Positions 9,748 to 21,400 of a stretch of DNA of 58,260 nt are shown one piece after another. Source of the stretch: a virus (Duplodnaviria > Caudoviricetes); the IMG/VR virus record IMGVR_UViG_3300042344_000667, positions 1 to 58,260 of that record, one strand, 5' to 3'. A program made the translations under genes and the position numbers. The stretch's first letter is position 1. Each line of letters begins with the position of its first letter. The notes beneath the pieces were generated by a model. The model was not told the origin of the DNA. It worked only from the letters and a program-made list of their open reading frames with translations, and made no database searches.

Positions 9748-10555
9748 TGTTGTCAGTCGTGACTTGATTCGTCCTTATCTGGGCGCGTCTCAGCAACTGC
9801 TGGCTAACACTCGTGTTGAGTGCACCTTCAGCGTTGAATTGGCTGGTTCTGGCACTGCTGGCACCGCTCCTCGCTATGGCAAGGCTCTGCTTGCTTGTGG
9901 TATGAGCGAAACCATCGTGGCTACTACCAGCGTGACCTATGCGCCCGTCAGCGCAAGTTTTGGTAGCTGCACCATCTATTACAACATTGATGGTCTGCTG
10001 CATAAAGTGACCGGCGCGCGCGGCACTTATACGCTGAATGTAGCCGTCGGCGAGATCCCCACCATTGATTTCACTTTCACTGGTGTGTACAACGCTCCCA
10101 CTGACACCGCAGCGCCTTCGGTCACCTACGCCAATCAAGCCAACCCGGTAGTCGCCAAGAATGGCAATACGACTGACTTTCAGTTGCTGTCCTATAGCGG
10201 CTGCCTGCAGTCGGTGACTTTCGACATCGGCAACACTCTGGTGTACCGCGACTTGATCAACTGCACCAAGCAGGTGCTGCTGACTGATCGCGCCAGCACT
10301 GGCAGTGTGACCATCGAAGCGCCAACCATTGCGCAGAAGGACTACTTCACTGCTGCGCTTGCTGACGGCGCGCTTGGCAACCTGCTGTTCCAGCACGGCC
10401 AGACCGCCGGCAACATCGTTGATTTCGCCTCCACCAAGGTCGACATCGGCGATGTCAGCTACAGCGATCAGGATGGCATCCACATGCTGACCATCCCCTA
10501 CACCTGCGTTCCCTCGACCGCAGGCAACGACGAGTTCAGCCTCGTCTACACTTGA
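9620..10555 (+). CDS. Major tail tube protein
   Basis: ETETTYGTDP N-terminus, Thr-rich beta protein of 311 aa, C-ending codon bias, followed by terminator and tail chaperone genes. Confidence 0.85.
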   Translation: MPLLTRKRLILLETETTYGTDPTPDGADAVLVRDLNITPLQSDVVSRDLIRPYLGASQQLLANTRVECTFSVELAGSGTAGTAPRYGKALLACGMSETIVATTSVTYAPVSASFGSCTIYYNIDGLLHKVTGARGTYTLNVAVGEIPTIDFTFTGVYNAPTDTAAPSVTYANQANPVVAKNGNTTDFQLLSYSGCLQSVTFDIGNTLVYRDLINCTKQVLLTDRASTGSVTIEAPTIAQKDYFTAALADGALGNLLFQHGQTAGNIVDFASTKVDIGDVSYSDQDGIHMLTIPYTCVPSTAGNDEFSLVYT

Positions 10556-10576
10556 TTCGTTGGACAGACGGATGAT

Positions 10577-10602
10577 GAGGGCCGGTAATGCGGCCCTTTT
10601 TT
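10577..10602 (+). terminator. Intrinsic terminator
   Basis: AGGGCCG-GTAATG-CGGCCCT hairpin plus T run. Confidence 0.75.
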
Positions 10603-10640
10603 ATTGGGTGTATGCTGTTGCAGTATCGCGTGAATTACGC

Positions 10641-10967
10641 ATGGCATTTGTCCGCAAAAAGGTAAAGGTTTTCTCTTGGCCCGTTTCCATCGAGGAGCCC
10701 AGCGATGGTGGCACTTTTGATACGGCCACCTTTGACGCGAAGTTCAAGCGCGTGGGACGGAAGGAATTTCAAAAGCTGGGCGAGAAAGGTGAGCTTGACC
10801 TGCTCAAGGTAATTATGGTCGGCTGGGATGGGATTCTTGACGAGGACGGCAAAGAGGTACCGTTTTCGCTTGAGGCAATGCGCGAATTTAGCGATGATCA
10901 TTACTGGATTCGCGGCGTGTTGAAGGCTTATACCGAGACATTTGAGGGTGGTCGCCAGGGAAACTGA
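10641..10967 (+). CDS. Tail assembly chaperone (gpG-like)
   Basis: GWDGILDEDGKEVPFS motif; ends at slippery G GGA AAC (10958-10964). Confidence 0.85.
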   Translation: MAFVRKKVKVFSWPVSIEEPSDGGTFDTATFDAKFKRVGRKEFQKLGEKGELDLLKVIMVGWDGILDEDGKEVPFSLEAMREFSDDHYWIRGVLKAYTETFEGGRQGN

Positions 10968-11311
10968 AAGATGCTGCCGTCTATTGGGCGGACGGCGGCA
11001 AGCGAATAGAAGATAAAACAAAGGAGGACGCTGCTGTGTTTGGCATCGTCCTCCCTGAGCAACCTGCCGAGCAATCGAACGATTTCGAGGTTTGGGAGGA
11101 GAATTGGGATGTGGTGATGATGTTTTTGCGTATGCAAACGCAATGGACGACGACGATGGCGGGTTATATGGGACTGCGATATGACGTGCTTGTTTGCCCC
11201 GGCGGAATGTTCGACCTCTACAATGTGGAGAATCGCCGCGAGATGCTTGAAGACCTCCAGATCATGGAGGCTACGGCGTTAAGCGAATTGGCCAAGGACA
11301 AGGATGGCTAG
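10958..11311 (+). CDS. Tail assembly chaperone -1 frameshift extension (gpT-like)
   Basis: -1 frame is open from the slippery site (KLKDAAVYW...) into EVWEENWDVVMMFLRMQTQW...GLRY; directly precedes the tape measure gene. Confidence 0.8.
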   Translation, partial: GKLKDAAVYWADGGKRIEDKTKEDAAVFGIVLPEQPAEQSNDFEVWEENWDVVMMFLRMQTQWTTTMAGYMGLRYDVLVCPGGMFDLYNVENRREMLEDLQIMEATALSELAKDKDG

Positions 11312-14300
11312 CAAGCAGGTTCAAGACATTAAAGTCCGCCTTGGCATTGAAGGCTTTGAGGGGCTGGACCGGCTAAAGGGTTCTTTTCGCGAACTTGGAA
11401 AAGTAACGAATCTTAGCGATAAGGATATTTCTCGCGCTCGCGATAGTCTTGTTAATTTTGCTAAAAATGCTGGGAATACAGAGCAGGTAACCAAGGGCCT
11501 GCTTGAGGCGCTTAAGGGTCTTCAAGGTCAGGCGACAAGAAGCTCTTCAGCGTACAATAAATTAAGCGAAGACATTATCAAATTAAATCAATCTTTAAAG
11601 TTAACAGATTCTGAAATTCAAAAGCAAGCAGAATTGCTTGCAAAATCTGCTCGCGCGCATTCTCAGTCGGAAGCGTCAATCAAAGGGCATGTAAAAGCCC
11701 TGCAAGATCTTCGCACTCAGGCTTCGCTTGGCGGACAAGCATACATTGGCATTGGAGCTGAAATTGATCGATTAAATACTAAACTTGAAGAGGGCACCAA
11801 AAAAAGTCGCTCATATCGGAGTGTCCTTGGTCAAGCTTTGTCTGGCGATCCAGAAAAGCTTTCTGCTCAGCTTGAAAAGCTTAAGCAGACTTTGGCTGAC
11901 ACTGGCAACACGGCCGAGCAAACTGGTCGCGCGATGGCTCAACTGGCTATCGGTGGAGCCACAGAATCACGCGCTCGTATTGCTGCATTTACAAAAGAAA
12001 TCGAAGATCAGCGCCGAGCTATTACGCGATTAGACGAAGCCTTTTTGGAGCTTCCTAGGACTTCTGCTATTTATGCTCAAAGACTTAACGAATTAAATCT
12101 TGAGCTCAATAACACTGTAATCGCAAGTACTCGTTATTACGAAATTCTTGCAGATATTTCAACACTTCAACTTGAGCTTCAGAGGGCTCAGTCCATTGGT
12201 CGCGGGCAGGTTTTATTTGAGCGACTTTTCCTGCCAGAAGGAACGGCATCAAGGCTTGCGTCAACCCAAAAAAACCTGGGCATGGTCATTGGCGCATTGC
12301 GCGAAGAAATGTCCATGCTTGATACAAGCACGGCAGAAGGAAGCGCTAAATTTGCCCAGCAATCTCGTCAAGTTGCACAATTAGAGGAGCAACTTAAAAA
12401 ACTAAATAATCAATACATTAGCGTTGGTCAATCGCAAGCTGCAGCAGCGCAAACTGAAATTAATCCATATCAGCCATCTGGCGCAAGAAATCTGCTTTTC
12501 GACAAAGAAATTGCTCGTCAAGCCGCTGAAGGTGTCAAAGAATTCAGAAAAACATATAATGATGCGATAGATTCGCTAATTAGCGCAAAACGTAATTTTA
12601 GAGAAGAAGAAGCTCGCCTTATTGAGCAAAATAATCAACAGCAAGAAAGTGCTCATAGAGCCGAAATGGCTCGTATTGAAGCTGAAAATAATGCTGCAGT
12701 TACTGCGTTCGATGAACAGTTAAGGATTAGAGCAAATTTACTTGACGCACAGCGAAAAGCAGCAGCTTCCGCCATGGGTTTTGGCGGGCGTGAGTTATCA
12801 CCTCTTTACGAAAGAATCACGGGGCTAGCTGGCGCTTCGGTTCAGCGCGAACAGCTAATGATGGGGCGAAGCGCAACTCAAGTCTTAACAGACATGCTGA
12901 CTGCCTTTGAGAAGGGCGGTCGAGGCGTTGACATTGCACAAAAAAGCACCCAAATTGGGGAAAGCATTGCGCAAGGCGTTACAGCAGGGGCAACAGACAA
13001 AGGAATCCTGGCTTCTGGCGCAAATACACTTTCAGAGCAATTTATTTTTTCGCTTAAAAAAGCTTTCAGAATTAAAAGCCCCTCTGGCGAGTCGCGCGAT
13101 GAGATTGGGGTACCTATTGGACAGGGTATTGGTCAAGGCATTATTCAAGGTCTCAAAGAGGTTCGTGGCGATGTTATCTCTGCTGTTCGTTTGTTGTTTT
13201 CTGATATAGCAGCTACTCCTCAACGCGCTAATTTACCTGCGCAGCAAACTGCTCTTGCTGACAAGCTTCAGTCTTTCCTGGCTCGCACTTCAGCCAAAAC
13301 ATCCACCTTTCTTCCTTTTGCTCGTTTAATGGGAGAAGAAGCCGTCTCTTCCCCCGCGCTCACTCTCGCCACGTACAGAAAAGCGTATGAGCGAGGTGGC
13401 ATTGTGCCTTCGATGTACATGCCGACCGAGCAACGTAGGAATGTTCGAGGCGTTTCTGGTCTTCCTGGCTTTGGGCTGGAGCAAGAGATTGTTGCCGGGG
13501 CAATTCGCAATGTTGGTCGCACTGGCGCCTTTGTGGGTCCCCTGAGCGGCCCTCGGGTTTCGCTAGGAGGCGCGCGCTCACCCTTTGCAGCCGGAATTGG
13601 CATGCAGCAGCCTGCGGGAACACCCGCAGAGTTTCAAGGATTGGCGAATGCTCTTGCCTCTGTTGCAAAAAATGTTGACGTAGCGGCTCGTCAGATTCAA
13701 GACGTTGGATTCCTGAATTTACCGACAAGAACAACTGGCGCGCGAGGGTTTGCTCTTAATGCGGCAATCAACCAAGCCGCATGGCAGCGTCGAGGTGCAA
13801 CATCTTTTGCGGGGCAGTCTGCACCACTTTTTGGTGCGTCTTCTCCTGTGCCTGCGCAGGGTTCGTTCCGTTATGGGATGGCAGCCGCGCAGTCGTTTCC
13901 AGTTGAGGGAATGCTTGGCGGTGGTCGCTCTATGCAGTTTGGTAGAGAAGCTGCCGCTAGTTCAACAAGGGAAGCAATTGTTTCTTATCGTCAAGCTGTA
14001 TCAAATTTTTGGGAAGGTGAAACAGGCACCTTTGAAACAGTTCGACGTATTGTGTCATCAGGCGTTCAATTAAGCGCAAGTCGTCTTGCAAGGCGTTTGA
14101 CTGAATCTATTGAATTACCAAATATTTCTGGCATTGGTCGTCGGATTGGTGGCGCCATGCCAAGCCTGTCTGGTCTTCGCGCAGGGTTGTCAAATATTTC
14201 GATACCAGGTGCATCGGCGCTGCATGAGCTTTTAACCGGAGACAAAGCCTTTATGCAGCGACTGGAAAGGCAAGATATGGCGTATGGCGTTTCAAGACTT

Positions 14301-17300
14301 GGCGAATTTCCTATATCTGGGATGGCGCAAATTGGAAATATCGGTGCAGGTGGTGGCTCTTTTATTCCGCTAATGGCCGGAGCTGCTGGCGGTGGCGGTG
14401 GCGGTGGTCGTCCTCCCGCTGCAGTCATCCCTCCTGCCGCTCCATCTGAGTATGAAAAGCTCACTGCGGCTGTAAGCCGTTTTGGTGATGTAAATCGCCG
14501 TAGTACTGCTGATTTGCGTGAGTTTTCTGGAAGCTTGGCTTTGCTTCAGGACATACTTGATCCAACGGCTGCTGATTTTAAGCAGGTAAATCAAGAAATT
14601 GAAAAACAAGGACGGTTGGTTGACCGTGAGCTGGAAAAGCGGCAACGAGGCGCCCGCCGCCGTATGAGCGGAATGGAAGTCGCTCAAGCTGCTGGCGCTG
14701 CATTGAGTGGTGGCATCTTTGGCGGTCCCGAGGGTTTCCTCGGTGGCGCAGTTGGCGGCGTGTTTGGCGGCGTGGGGGGTGCATTTGCTGGTGCTGCTGC
14801 TGGTGCGCAAGTTGGCATGCTGAGGCAACAGCTTGGTGGATTTGCTGACTATGCAGCACAGATCCAGAAAATGCAGATCGCACTGCGAGATGCGGCTGGA
14901 AGCCAGGATCAATTCAACCAAGCCGTTGAAGCAGCTAATTTTGCGGTGCGCAACCTGAATGTGCCGCAAGACGTTGCGATTCAGGGCATGACGAAATTGA
15001 CCGCTGCGGTGAGAGGAGCAGGCGGTCAGGTCACCGATGCCGAATTGGTCTTCAAGAATGTGACCGCAGCAATCAAGGCAACCGGTGGGTCGGCGCAGGA
15101 TGTTGACGGTGCCATCACTGCGATGGTTCAGGTGTTCTCGAAAGGCAAGGTAAGCGCAGAAGAGTTAAGCGGTCAGCTTGGCGAGCGCTTGCCCGGCGCA
15201 GTTACGAAGTTTGCCCAAGCGAACGAAATGACGCTGCCTGAGCTGTCAAAAGCGCTCGAGCAAGGTCAGGTTGGCTTGAACGAGCTAATGAATTTCATCG
15301 TGCAGCTTGGTGATGAATACTCTGGTACCGCAAATCAAATCGCAGATTCCAGTCAGGATGCTGGCGCTCGCCTGACGGTGGCATTCAACGATATGAGGAT
15401 TGCGATTGGCGAAACGCTTCAGCCAGTTGGTGCTCAACTACAGGAAACTTTCGCAAAATTTGTAACCGATATTACGCCAGCAGTGGCTGCAAGTGCTAAA
15501 GCAATCGCGGACGCCTTCTCGTTCTTTTTAGACAATGAGATTCTTTCCGGAATTGCCGCTTTTGCCCTAAAGCTTGGGCTTGTCACGGCGGCGACTGTTG
15601 CGTTACGCGCTGCAATCACATCGCTTGCTCAGATAAATATTGTTAGCTGGTTCACCGGCGTCAGTTCTGCGGCTCGAATTACTGGCGATGTAATGGCAGC
15701 TTCTGCGGTCAAAACTACAGGCTTCGCTACTGCAATGCGCGGTCTGTTTGGCATATTAAGAAGCATTGCTGCACTTGGTGCAATTACCGTCGCAATTGAT
15801 GTAGTTGTTCGCAATTTTGCGCAACTCATGGCTGCGCGTCAAGCTTTTAGGGAGCTAAACGCAAAACGAGATCCCGTTGGCGCAACTGGTCCTCAGCCAG
15901 CAATGACAGCGGAAAGGCGCTATACAGGTGCCGCAAGAGAAAAAGTGATTGAAGACATAAACAAGCAGCGAGAGCACGCTGCTCGTCTTAGGAGAGAAAT
16001 ACAAGATATTGAATCACGGTTGCTTGTGGCGGAAAGTGTACCGGGAGCGGGACGCGCTTCTCTGTTTACCGCAGGCTTAAAGGCCCAAGCCGACCTAAAA
16101 AGGGTTCAACTTCGCGAAGCGGAAGAGGTAATTAAGCTTGATCTAAAAACGTTCAAAACTCGCGAGCAGATTCAATCTGAATACTTGCGCGGCATGAATG
16201 AGCGCTTCAAGACGGTAGATGGCGGCGAAGGCAAAGCAGATAAAGAAGCTGAAAAGGCTGCTCGTGAAGCTCAACGCCTATACGAGGAAAATCTTCGCAA
16301 TGCAATGCGCTTGCAAGACGTTGGCCTGCGAACGCTTCAGCTTGAAGAGCTGACAACGCTTGAGAGAGAGCGCCAACAGCTTGTCAACCGCGACGCCGAC
16401 AGAATTGAGTTTGCAATCCTTGACCTAAAGCAAAAACAATTTGGCCTTGATATCAGGCAAACGCATTTGAATGAAGTCAACGAGCGCTTGGAAGACTTGC
16501 GGGTCCAGGGGCTAAGGCAAGGGCTTGATGTTTCAAAAACAGCGGAAGAAATTTCTAAAAATAAAATTGAATATTTAGAGCTTCAGCTTGAGGCTGAAAA
16601 AAATATCACTGACCAACTTGAGCTGCAACGGCAAATTATTGAAGCCACGGGACTGACGCGGGAAATGCGTCAAGCCGGTCGTCGCGCTGCGATTGGCGTT
16701 TTTGATTACGGCCAAGCTGGCGCTGCCAATTTTGCTGGTGGCGAGCAGATCTACCAGCCTCAAGAATTTATGACGCCAGAAGCTCAGCGCTTCCAAGAAA
16801 TGCGTCAACAACTGGAGGAAATGATTTCCCTTCAGAATCAAGTGCAAGCTGGCGCCATGCAGATGGGAGAGGCGTTCTCCAGTGCATTTATTGAAACGAT
16901 TACGGGCTCTAAGTCAGCAAAGCAGGCACTTGCCGACTTGATGGCGTCAATTGGCAAGCATTTTCTGGACATGGCGCAACAAATCATTACGCAACAAATT
17001 GCGATGATTCTTTACGGCACCATCATGAAAGCGCTTGGGGTGGGTCTCAGCGGTGGAGGCGCCGCTCCTAACTACAGCGGTGTTTTCAGTAGCGGTCAGG
17101 CAGGGTTCAATCCATCCGTGTTTACGGGGCCAAGTTTGCTTCCGGCGGCCAATGGAGCGGCGTTTGCTCAAAACGGCATTCAACCCTTCGCAATGGGCGG
17201 CATCGTCACCAAGCCGACATTCTTCAAGTACGCGAAGGGTGGCGAGATGCAAAACGGCCTCATGGGCGAAGCCGGGGCTGAGGCGATTATGCCGCTCAAG

Positions 17301-17615
17301 CGTGGTGCTGATGGCAAGCTTGGCGTCGCCGCTCGCCTGGACGGTGCCATGAAACGGTACCGTTCGACGCCTGGTAGCGCAGCCGCCGCAGCAGAAGGTG
17401 ACAGCGCCTCGCTGGCTGCGGCAGGGGCGGCCACAATGGAGCCGATTGACGTCCGCTACAGCGTGGAACGCATCAACAACGTGGATTACGTCACCGCTGA
17501 TCAGTTTCAGCGCGGCATGGCACAGGCTGCCCAACAGGGCGCAATCCAAGGCGAACGCCGCGCCATGCGTAGCCTCAAAAACAGCGCCGCCACACGTAGA
17601 GGAGTCGGCATCTAA
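11304..17615 (+). CDS. Tail tape measure protein
   Basis: 2103 aa, Ala/Gln-rich helical; tape-measure core (QVFSKGKVSAEELSGQLGERLPGA) and lambda-type C-terminus (FAMGGIV...MGEAGAEAIMPL). Confidence 0.92.
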   Translation: MASKQVQDIKVRLGIEGFEGLDRLKGSFRELGKVTNLSDKDISRARDSLVNFAKNAGNTEQVTKGLLEALKGLQGQATRSSSAYNKLSEDIIKLNQSLKLTDSEIQKQAELLAKSARAHSQSEASIKGHVKALQDLRTQASLGGQAYIGIGAEIDRLNTKLEEGTKKSRSYRSVLGQALSGDPEKLSAQLEKLKQTLADTGNTAEQTGRAMAQLAIGGATESRARIAAFTKEIEDQRRAITRLDEAFLELPRTSAIYAQRLNELNLELNNTVIASTRYYEILADISTLQLELQRAQSIGRGQVLFERLFLPEGTASRLASTQKNLGMVIGALREEMSMLDTSTAEGSAKFAQQSRQVAQLEEQLKKLNNQYISVGQSQAAAAQTEINPYQPSGARNLLFDKEIARQAAEGVKEFRKTYNDAIDSLISAKRNFREEEARLIEQNNQQQESAHRAEMARIEAENNAAVTAFDEQLRIRANLLDAQRKAAASAMGFGGRELSPLYERITGLAGASVQREQLMMGRSATQVLTDMLTAFEKGGRGVDIAQKSTQIGESIAQGVTAGATDKGILASGANTLSEQFIFSLKKAFRIKSPSGESRDEIGVPIGQGIGQGIIQGLKEVRGDVISAVRLLFSDIAATPQRANLPAQQTALADKLQSFLARTSAKTSTFLPFARLMGEEAVSSPALTLATYRKAYERGGIVPSMYMPTEQRRNVRGVSGLPGFGLEQEIVAGAIRNVGRTGAFVGPLSGPRVSLGGARSPFAAGIGMQQPAGTPAEFQGLANALASVAKNVDVAARQIQDVGFLNLPTRTTGARGFALNAAINQAAWQRRGATSFAGQSAPLFGASSPVPAQGSFRYGMAAAQSFPVEGMLGGGRSMQFGREAAASSTREAIVSYRQAVSNFWEGETGTFETVRRIVSSGVQLSASRLARRLTESIELPNISGIGRRIGGAMPSLSGLRAGLSNISIPGASALHELLTGDKAFMQRLERQDMAYGVSRLGEFPISGMAQIGNIGAGGGSFIPLMAGAAGGGGGGGRPPAAVIPPAAPSEYEKLTAAVSRFGDVNRRSTADLREFSGSLALLQDILDPTAADFKQVNQEIEKQGRLVDRELEKRQRGARRRMSGMEVAQAAGAALSGGIFGGPEGFLGGAVGGVFGGVGGAFAGAAAGAQVGMLRQQLGGFADYAAQIQKMQIALRDAAGSQDQFNQAVEAANFAVRNLNVPQDVAIQGMTKLTAAVRGAGGQVTDAELVFKNVTAAIKATGGSAQDVDGAITAMVQVFSKGKVSAEELSGQLGERLPGAVTKFAQANEMTLPELSKALEQGQVGLNELMNFIVQLGDEYSGTANQIADSSQDAGARLTVAFNDMRIAIGETLQPVGAQLQETFAKFVTDITPAVAASAKAIADAFSFFLDNEILSGIAAFALKLGLVTAATVALRAAITSLAQINIVSWFTGVSSAARITGDVMAASAVKTTGFATAMRGLFGILRSIAALGAITVAIDVVVRNFAQLMAARQAFRELNAKRDPVGATGPQPAMTAERRYTGAAREKVIEDINKQREHAARLRREIQDIESRLLVAESVPGAGRASLFTAGLKAQADLKRVQLREAEEVIKLDLKTFKTREQIQSEYLRGMNERFKTVDGGEGKADKEAEKAAREAQRLYEENLRNAMRLQDVGLRTLQLEELTTLERERQQLVNRDADRIEFAILDLKQKQFGLDIRQTHLNEVNERLEDLRVQGLRQGLDVSKTAEEISKNKIEYLELQLEAEKNITDQLELQRQIIEATGLTREMRQAGRRAAIGVFDYGQAGAANFAGGEQIYQPQEFMTPEAQRFQEMRQQLEEMISLQNQVQAGAMQMGEAFSSAFIETITGSKSAKQALADLMASIGKHFLDMAQQIITQQIAMILYGTIMKALGVGLSGGGAAPNYSGVFSSGQAGFNPSVFTGPSLLPAANGAAFAQNGIQPFAMGGIVTKPTFFKYAKGGEMQNGLMGEAGAEAIMPLKRGADGKLGVAARLDGAMKRYRSTPGSAAAAAEGDSASLAAAGAATMEPIDVRYSVERINNVDYVTADQFQRGMAQAAQQGAIQGERRAMRSLKNSAATRRGVGI

Positions 17616-18067
17616 TGGAATACGCCTACGGCCACCTACTGGACATCGGCCCCAGCGGCCAAGCAGCCCAATACCGCTTCCAGAACTACGCGATCAACCA
17701 AAACGTAGACGGCTACTTGTTTCTGCCGTTCAGCTTTGGTGGAGCGGTAGCCACACTTCAAGGCGACAACCTTGATGCGGCACTCCAGTTCGCCAACATC
17801 GAAATGACCCGCGCGTGGATTGTCGAGGCCCTCGATAACCTATGGGTTGCCAAGGTCACCACGGTGCTCTGGGAACCCTCCACTGGAGCAGTCCAGCGCA
17901 CCCTTTACACCTACTGGGGCACCTGCTCTAGCGGCGGCTGGGATGAGGTCAACATCCAAGTCAGCTTAAACTCAGTGCTTGACGCGGTTCAAACCAACAT
18001 CCCGGGGCGCCGCCTTCATCGCTGGCAGGTCGGCAGCATCCCGTTTACAGCTCAAATCAGTGTGTGA
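17615..18067 (+). CDS. Minor tail / tail-tip protein
   Basis: Coupled to the tape measure stop; YLFLPF...LNSVLDAV...P.RRL pattern. Confidence 0.6.
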   Translation: MEYAYGHLLDIGPSGQAAQYRFQNYAINQNVDGYLFLPFSFGGAVATLQGDNLDAALQFANIEMTRAWIVEALDNLWVAKVTTVLWEPSTGAVQRTLYTYWGTCSSGGWDEVNIQVSLNSVLDAVQTNIPGRRLHRWQVGSIPFTAQISV

Positions 18068-18404
18068 GCACCTGATTGGCCGACGCTATGAATACGGCGG
18101 TGACGACTGCATCCACCTCGTCATCGACGCGCTAAAAGCCCTAGGTAAAAACCCGCCAGACGTCGCTGACGATTGGTATCGGCTCAGCCCACGCGGCATC
18201 TTGCGGGAGCTGTCGGTTTACTGCGACACTCTGGATGCTCCCATCTACGATGGTGACATCATTCTGTTTGGCGCCAAGCCACCTGAATTCGGAGTCCAAT
18301 GGCAGAGTGGCATCCTATTCATAAACCACTTGATTTCCGCAGTGGACTGGAAACCGGTGGCAAGCTTTACGATCCGCCGCTCTTACCGTATGAGATCGCG
18401 CTAA
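18062..18404 (+). CDS. NlpC/P60-like tail tip protein (gpK-like)
   Basis: LIGRRYEYGGDDCIHLV and DGDIILF motifs; start uncertain (GTG near 18062). Confidence 0.6.
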
Positions 18405-21400
18405 TTGAAGCGCTTGGTTGCACTGAACAGGAATACAAAGAATTTGTCCGTTACGCACGCGATGCGGCTTATGTGCGTCCGGCTGAGTATGAAAATATCC
18501 CCAAAATTTATGCAGCAATGGTGCCAGTAGTTGCTGCTGTAGCGGTATCCGCAAAATCTGTTGCAACAACCATCGCAGTTAATGTTGCAATCGGCTTGGC
18601 GCTTACTGCTATCAGCATTCTTCTGGCACCAAAAGCACCAGCCCTAGAAACACCTGCCAAAATTCGCGGCAAAAAGCTCGCGGATCAGATCGGCCCTAGC
18701 CGCTTCAACCAAACCACCAGCTTCGATAACGTCAGCAGCCTTGCCGAATACGGTCAGCCAATTCCCATTCCCTTCGGCAAGCGGGGCACTGGCGCTGACG
18801 GCGCTCTAACCGGCGGTTTGATCCTTGCACCGGCACTGGTATGGAGCCGCATCTACAGCTACGGCAGCTACCAAGCGTTTGAAGGTATCTACGTCGCTGG
18901 CGAGTACGGCAGTGAGGCCCCCGAGCTTGGCGGCATCCGCGTTGGCACCACAGCGCTGAACAGCCTCGGCAACCGCGATTTTGCAGTGTTCTGGTCAAGC
19001 CAGTTAGGCGAAAATAGACCAGGGACAGCACGCTTAGTCGCTGGCACCCACATAGAAGGGGACGGCACCACCGGCACCGTTGGCCGCCAGATTTTTACCG
19101 CTCCAACCGAGGACGGACAGTTCAGCCAGGGATTTTCCATGGCTTACACCCCTCAAGCGGATACGTCGTTTGGAACAGCCGAGCCAATCCACAACGGCAC
19201 GGCATTCCGCTTCAACTGGGAAATTATCTCGGCGCCCTATGCAGCAACCGAAGGCCCGGACAATAAAGAAGCACGGTTTGAAACCCAAGCCCGCCGCCGA
19301 AAAATCGCAGGTTCCGATGCTGATGTTTTGCATCGCTACGCCGATCAACCCAAAGAGGATATTCCGCAGGTTGGGATGCCTGGCGTGGGACGTGCCTACT
19401 CTCGCCGCATGGGGTTTGTTGCACACAGCGGCACTAATGGCGGTGCTGACGTAGAAAATCGCACGATCGTATCAGTAGCCGAAAACGATACCTTAACATT
19501 CGAAATCAATGGTAATAACTGGAAAGACTTTAATCAAGATGATTTCAAGGACACAGAGGTTAATGTCAAAGACTTGAAGGCTTCTGCTGATTCTTGGAGA
19601 GCAAGGGCTTCTGATTTGTTGGCCATAGGCTCTAAATGGATTATCGGCGCTTCGGTGTGGGTTGTTGAAAGCAGAAGCCCCGCCACTTGGACACAGTTTC
19701 AAACCCAACGCATTACATTTAAATGCACCGCAATTACCGGCGTAGCAACTGTCGGGCTGGCTGGCAGAAGAACAGTAGAAGAACCACTCGGCGGCTACGA
19801 AGGTAGTGTCTTTAACCCCAACAAACACTGCGGCGCAGCTTTCTTCAACATCTGCCGTCTGCATATGGCAAGCATCCGTCCCGTGCGACGTGATGCCCAA
19901 GTCATCGAAATTGGACTCCGTAGCCAAGTCTGGAACCGCGCCAACGGCCTGTGCAACTTCAACGCAATTCCTACGCCTTTCAAACTGCACCAACTCGATA
20001 AACAGGACATTACGCTCACAACGCCTCGAATGGATAAGTACTTCGAGCGCACATCGTGCTTTTCTATTTGGGTACGCCCAGTTGAGGTTTATGGCCAAGC
20101 CCAGCAGCCTTGGCGCAGGATGCCGCAAGTTTTCTGCGTTACTGGTAATGCCCCGGTCGATCAGTACAACTACATCCGTATTCGTCCTAAGCAAATTGGA
20201 TACTACGAGTACCGATTTATTCCGCGCACGGGATCGGATATTGCAATCAACAGCATAGATACAAATAGAGTTATCCGATTAAATGCGAATACTGGCAGCA
20301 TCTTAGGAATAGACTTAGACACAGACTATGGCGGTTTTAGAGTCACAACCAATGGCGATGACACTATAACTATCGCTGACATTCGCGTGAACGACGAACT
20401 TGTAACAGACCCGCAAGAAGCCAGCAGCGTAACCACCACACAAACCACGCTCCCAACAGCGCTATCCCAATACGACCAAAGCTCGAGCAATGGCAGCATC
20501 CAGCAAGTCGTCAATGCGTGGCTCACCGAAAGACTGGGATATGCACGCGATTATCCCGGTCGCGTCCGCAGCGCCACCATCACATTTGATAAGCCCGGCG
20601 TGGGGCAAATTGTCTTCAACGTAAACGCTACATCTGTAGCTGGCACACTTGGCGTCACCATCGGTCCGGTCTATCTCAGCGCAAACCTTGAGAATCCTTA
20701 CCAGTGGACAAACGTCTCGTACAACGTCATTTCTGCAAACGGCACGTGGAATACATCCCACAGATTCACTGTCGTCATTCCGGTCAACAATGACTTTTCG
20801 CGTGTAGGCGGCTACTCGGCAGTGAACGTTGCCTTTGCTGTTACTGCTGTCCAAGCTGTATCAACAGTGAACAGCTCCACGGTCAGCAGCGCTGAGCGCG
20901 TATTTGAAGAAAACTCACAGGTCTCAGACTGCAGCCATTATCTGGAGTTGACCAAATCCAATGAAAGCGGACCCGAGCATCAGATCGTTTACGTCAACGA
21001 GTGCATTTCCAACGAAACACTTGCCGAGTATTACGGCATGTCCACACTGGGATTCACCGTAAAGTCCAGCGGTCAACTTGGCGGCATCGGTCAAATCCGC
21101 GCCTGGGTCCCAACCGGCATCAGTGTTTACCGCTTGATTGAACAGGACAACAAACCCAGCAACCTTTTCGCCGATCTTGTCTACTACCTCCTGACCAGCA
21201 AGAGCCAAGGTGTCGGCAACGTCGTCCCTACAGAGCTGATCGACGTTGACTCACTCACCACAACCGCCCAGTACTTACGCGCCAACAAGATCTTCTTTGA
21301 CGGCGTGGTGGAAGACAGCGACAGCCTGCGCTCGTTCCTGTACGACAACGCTGCGCTTCAGCTATGCAACTTCACAATTAAAAACGGCCGTTTCGGCATG

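Noticed and set aside
9629-10483. 284-aa antisense ORF over the tail tube gene (and similar shadows over tape measure and gpJ)
   Set aside because: Shadow of biased codon usage; no recognisable motifs
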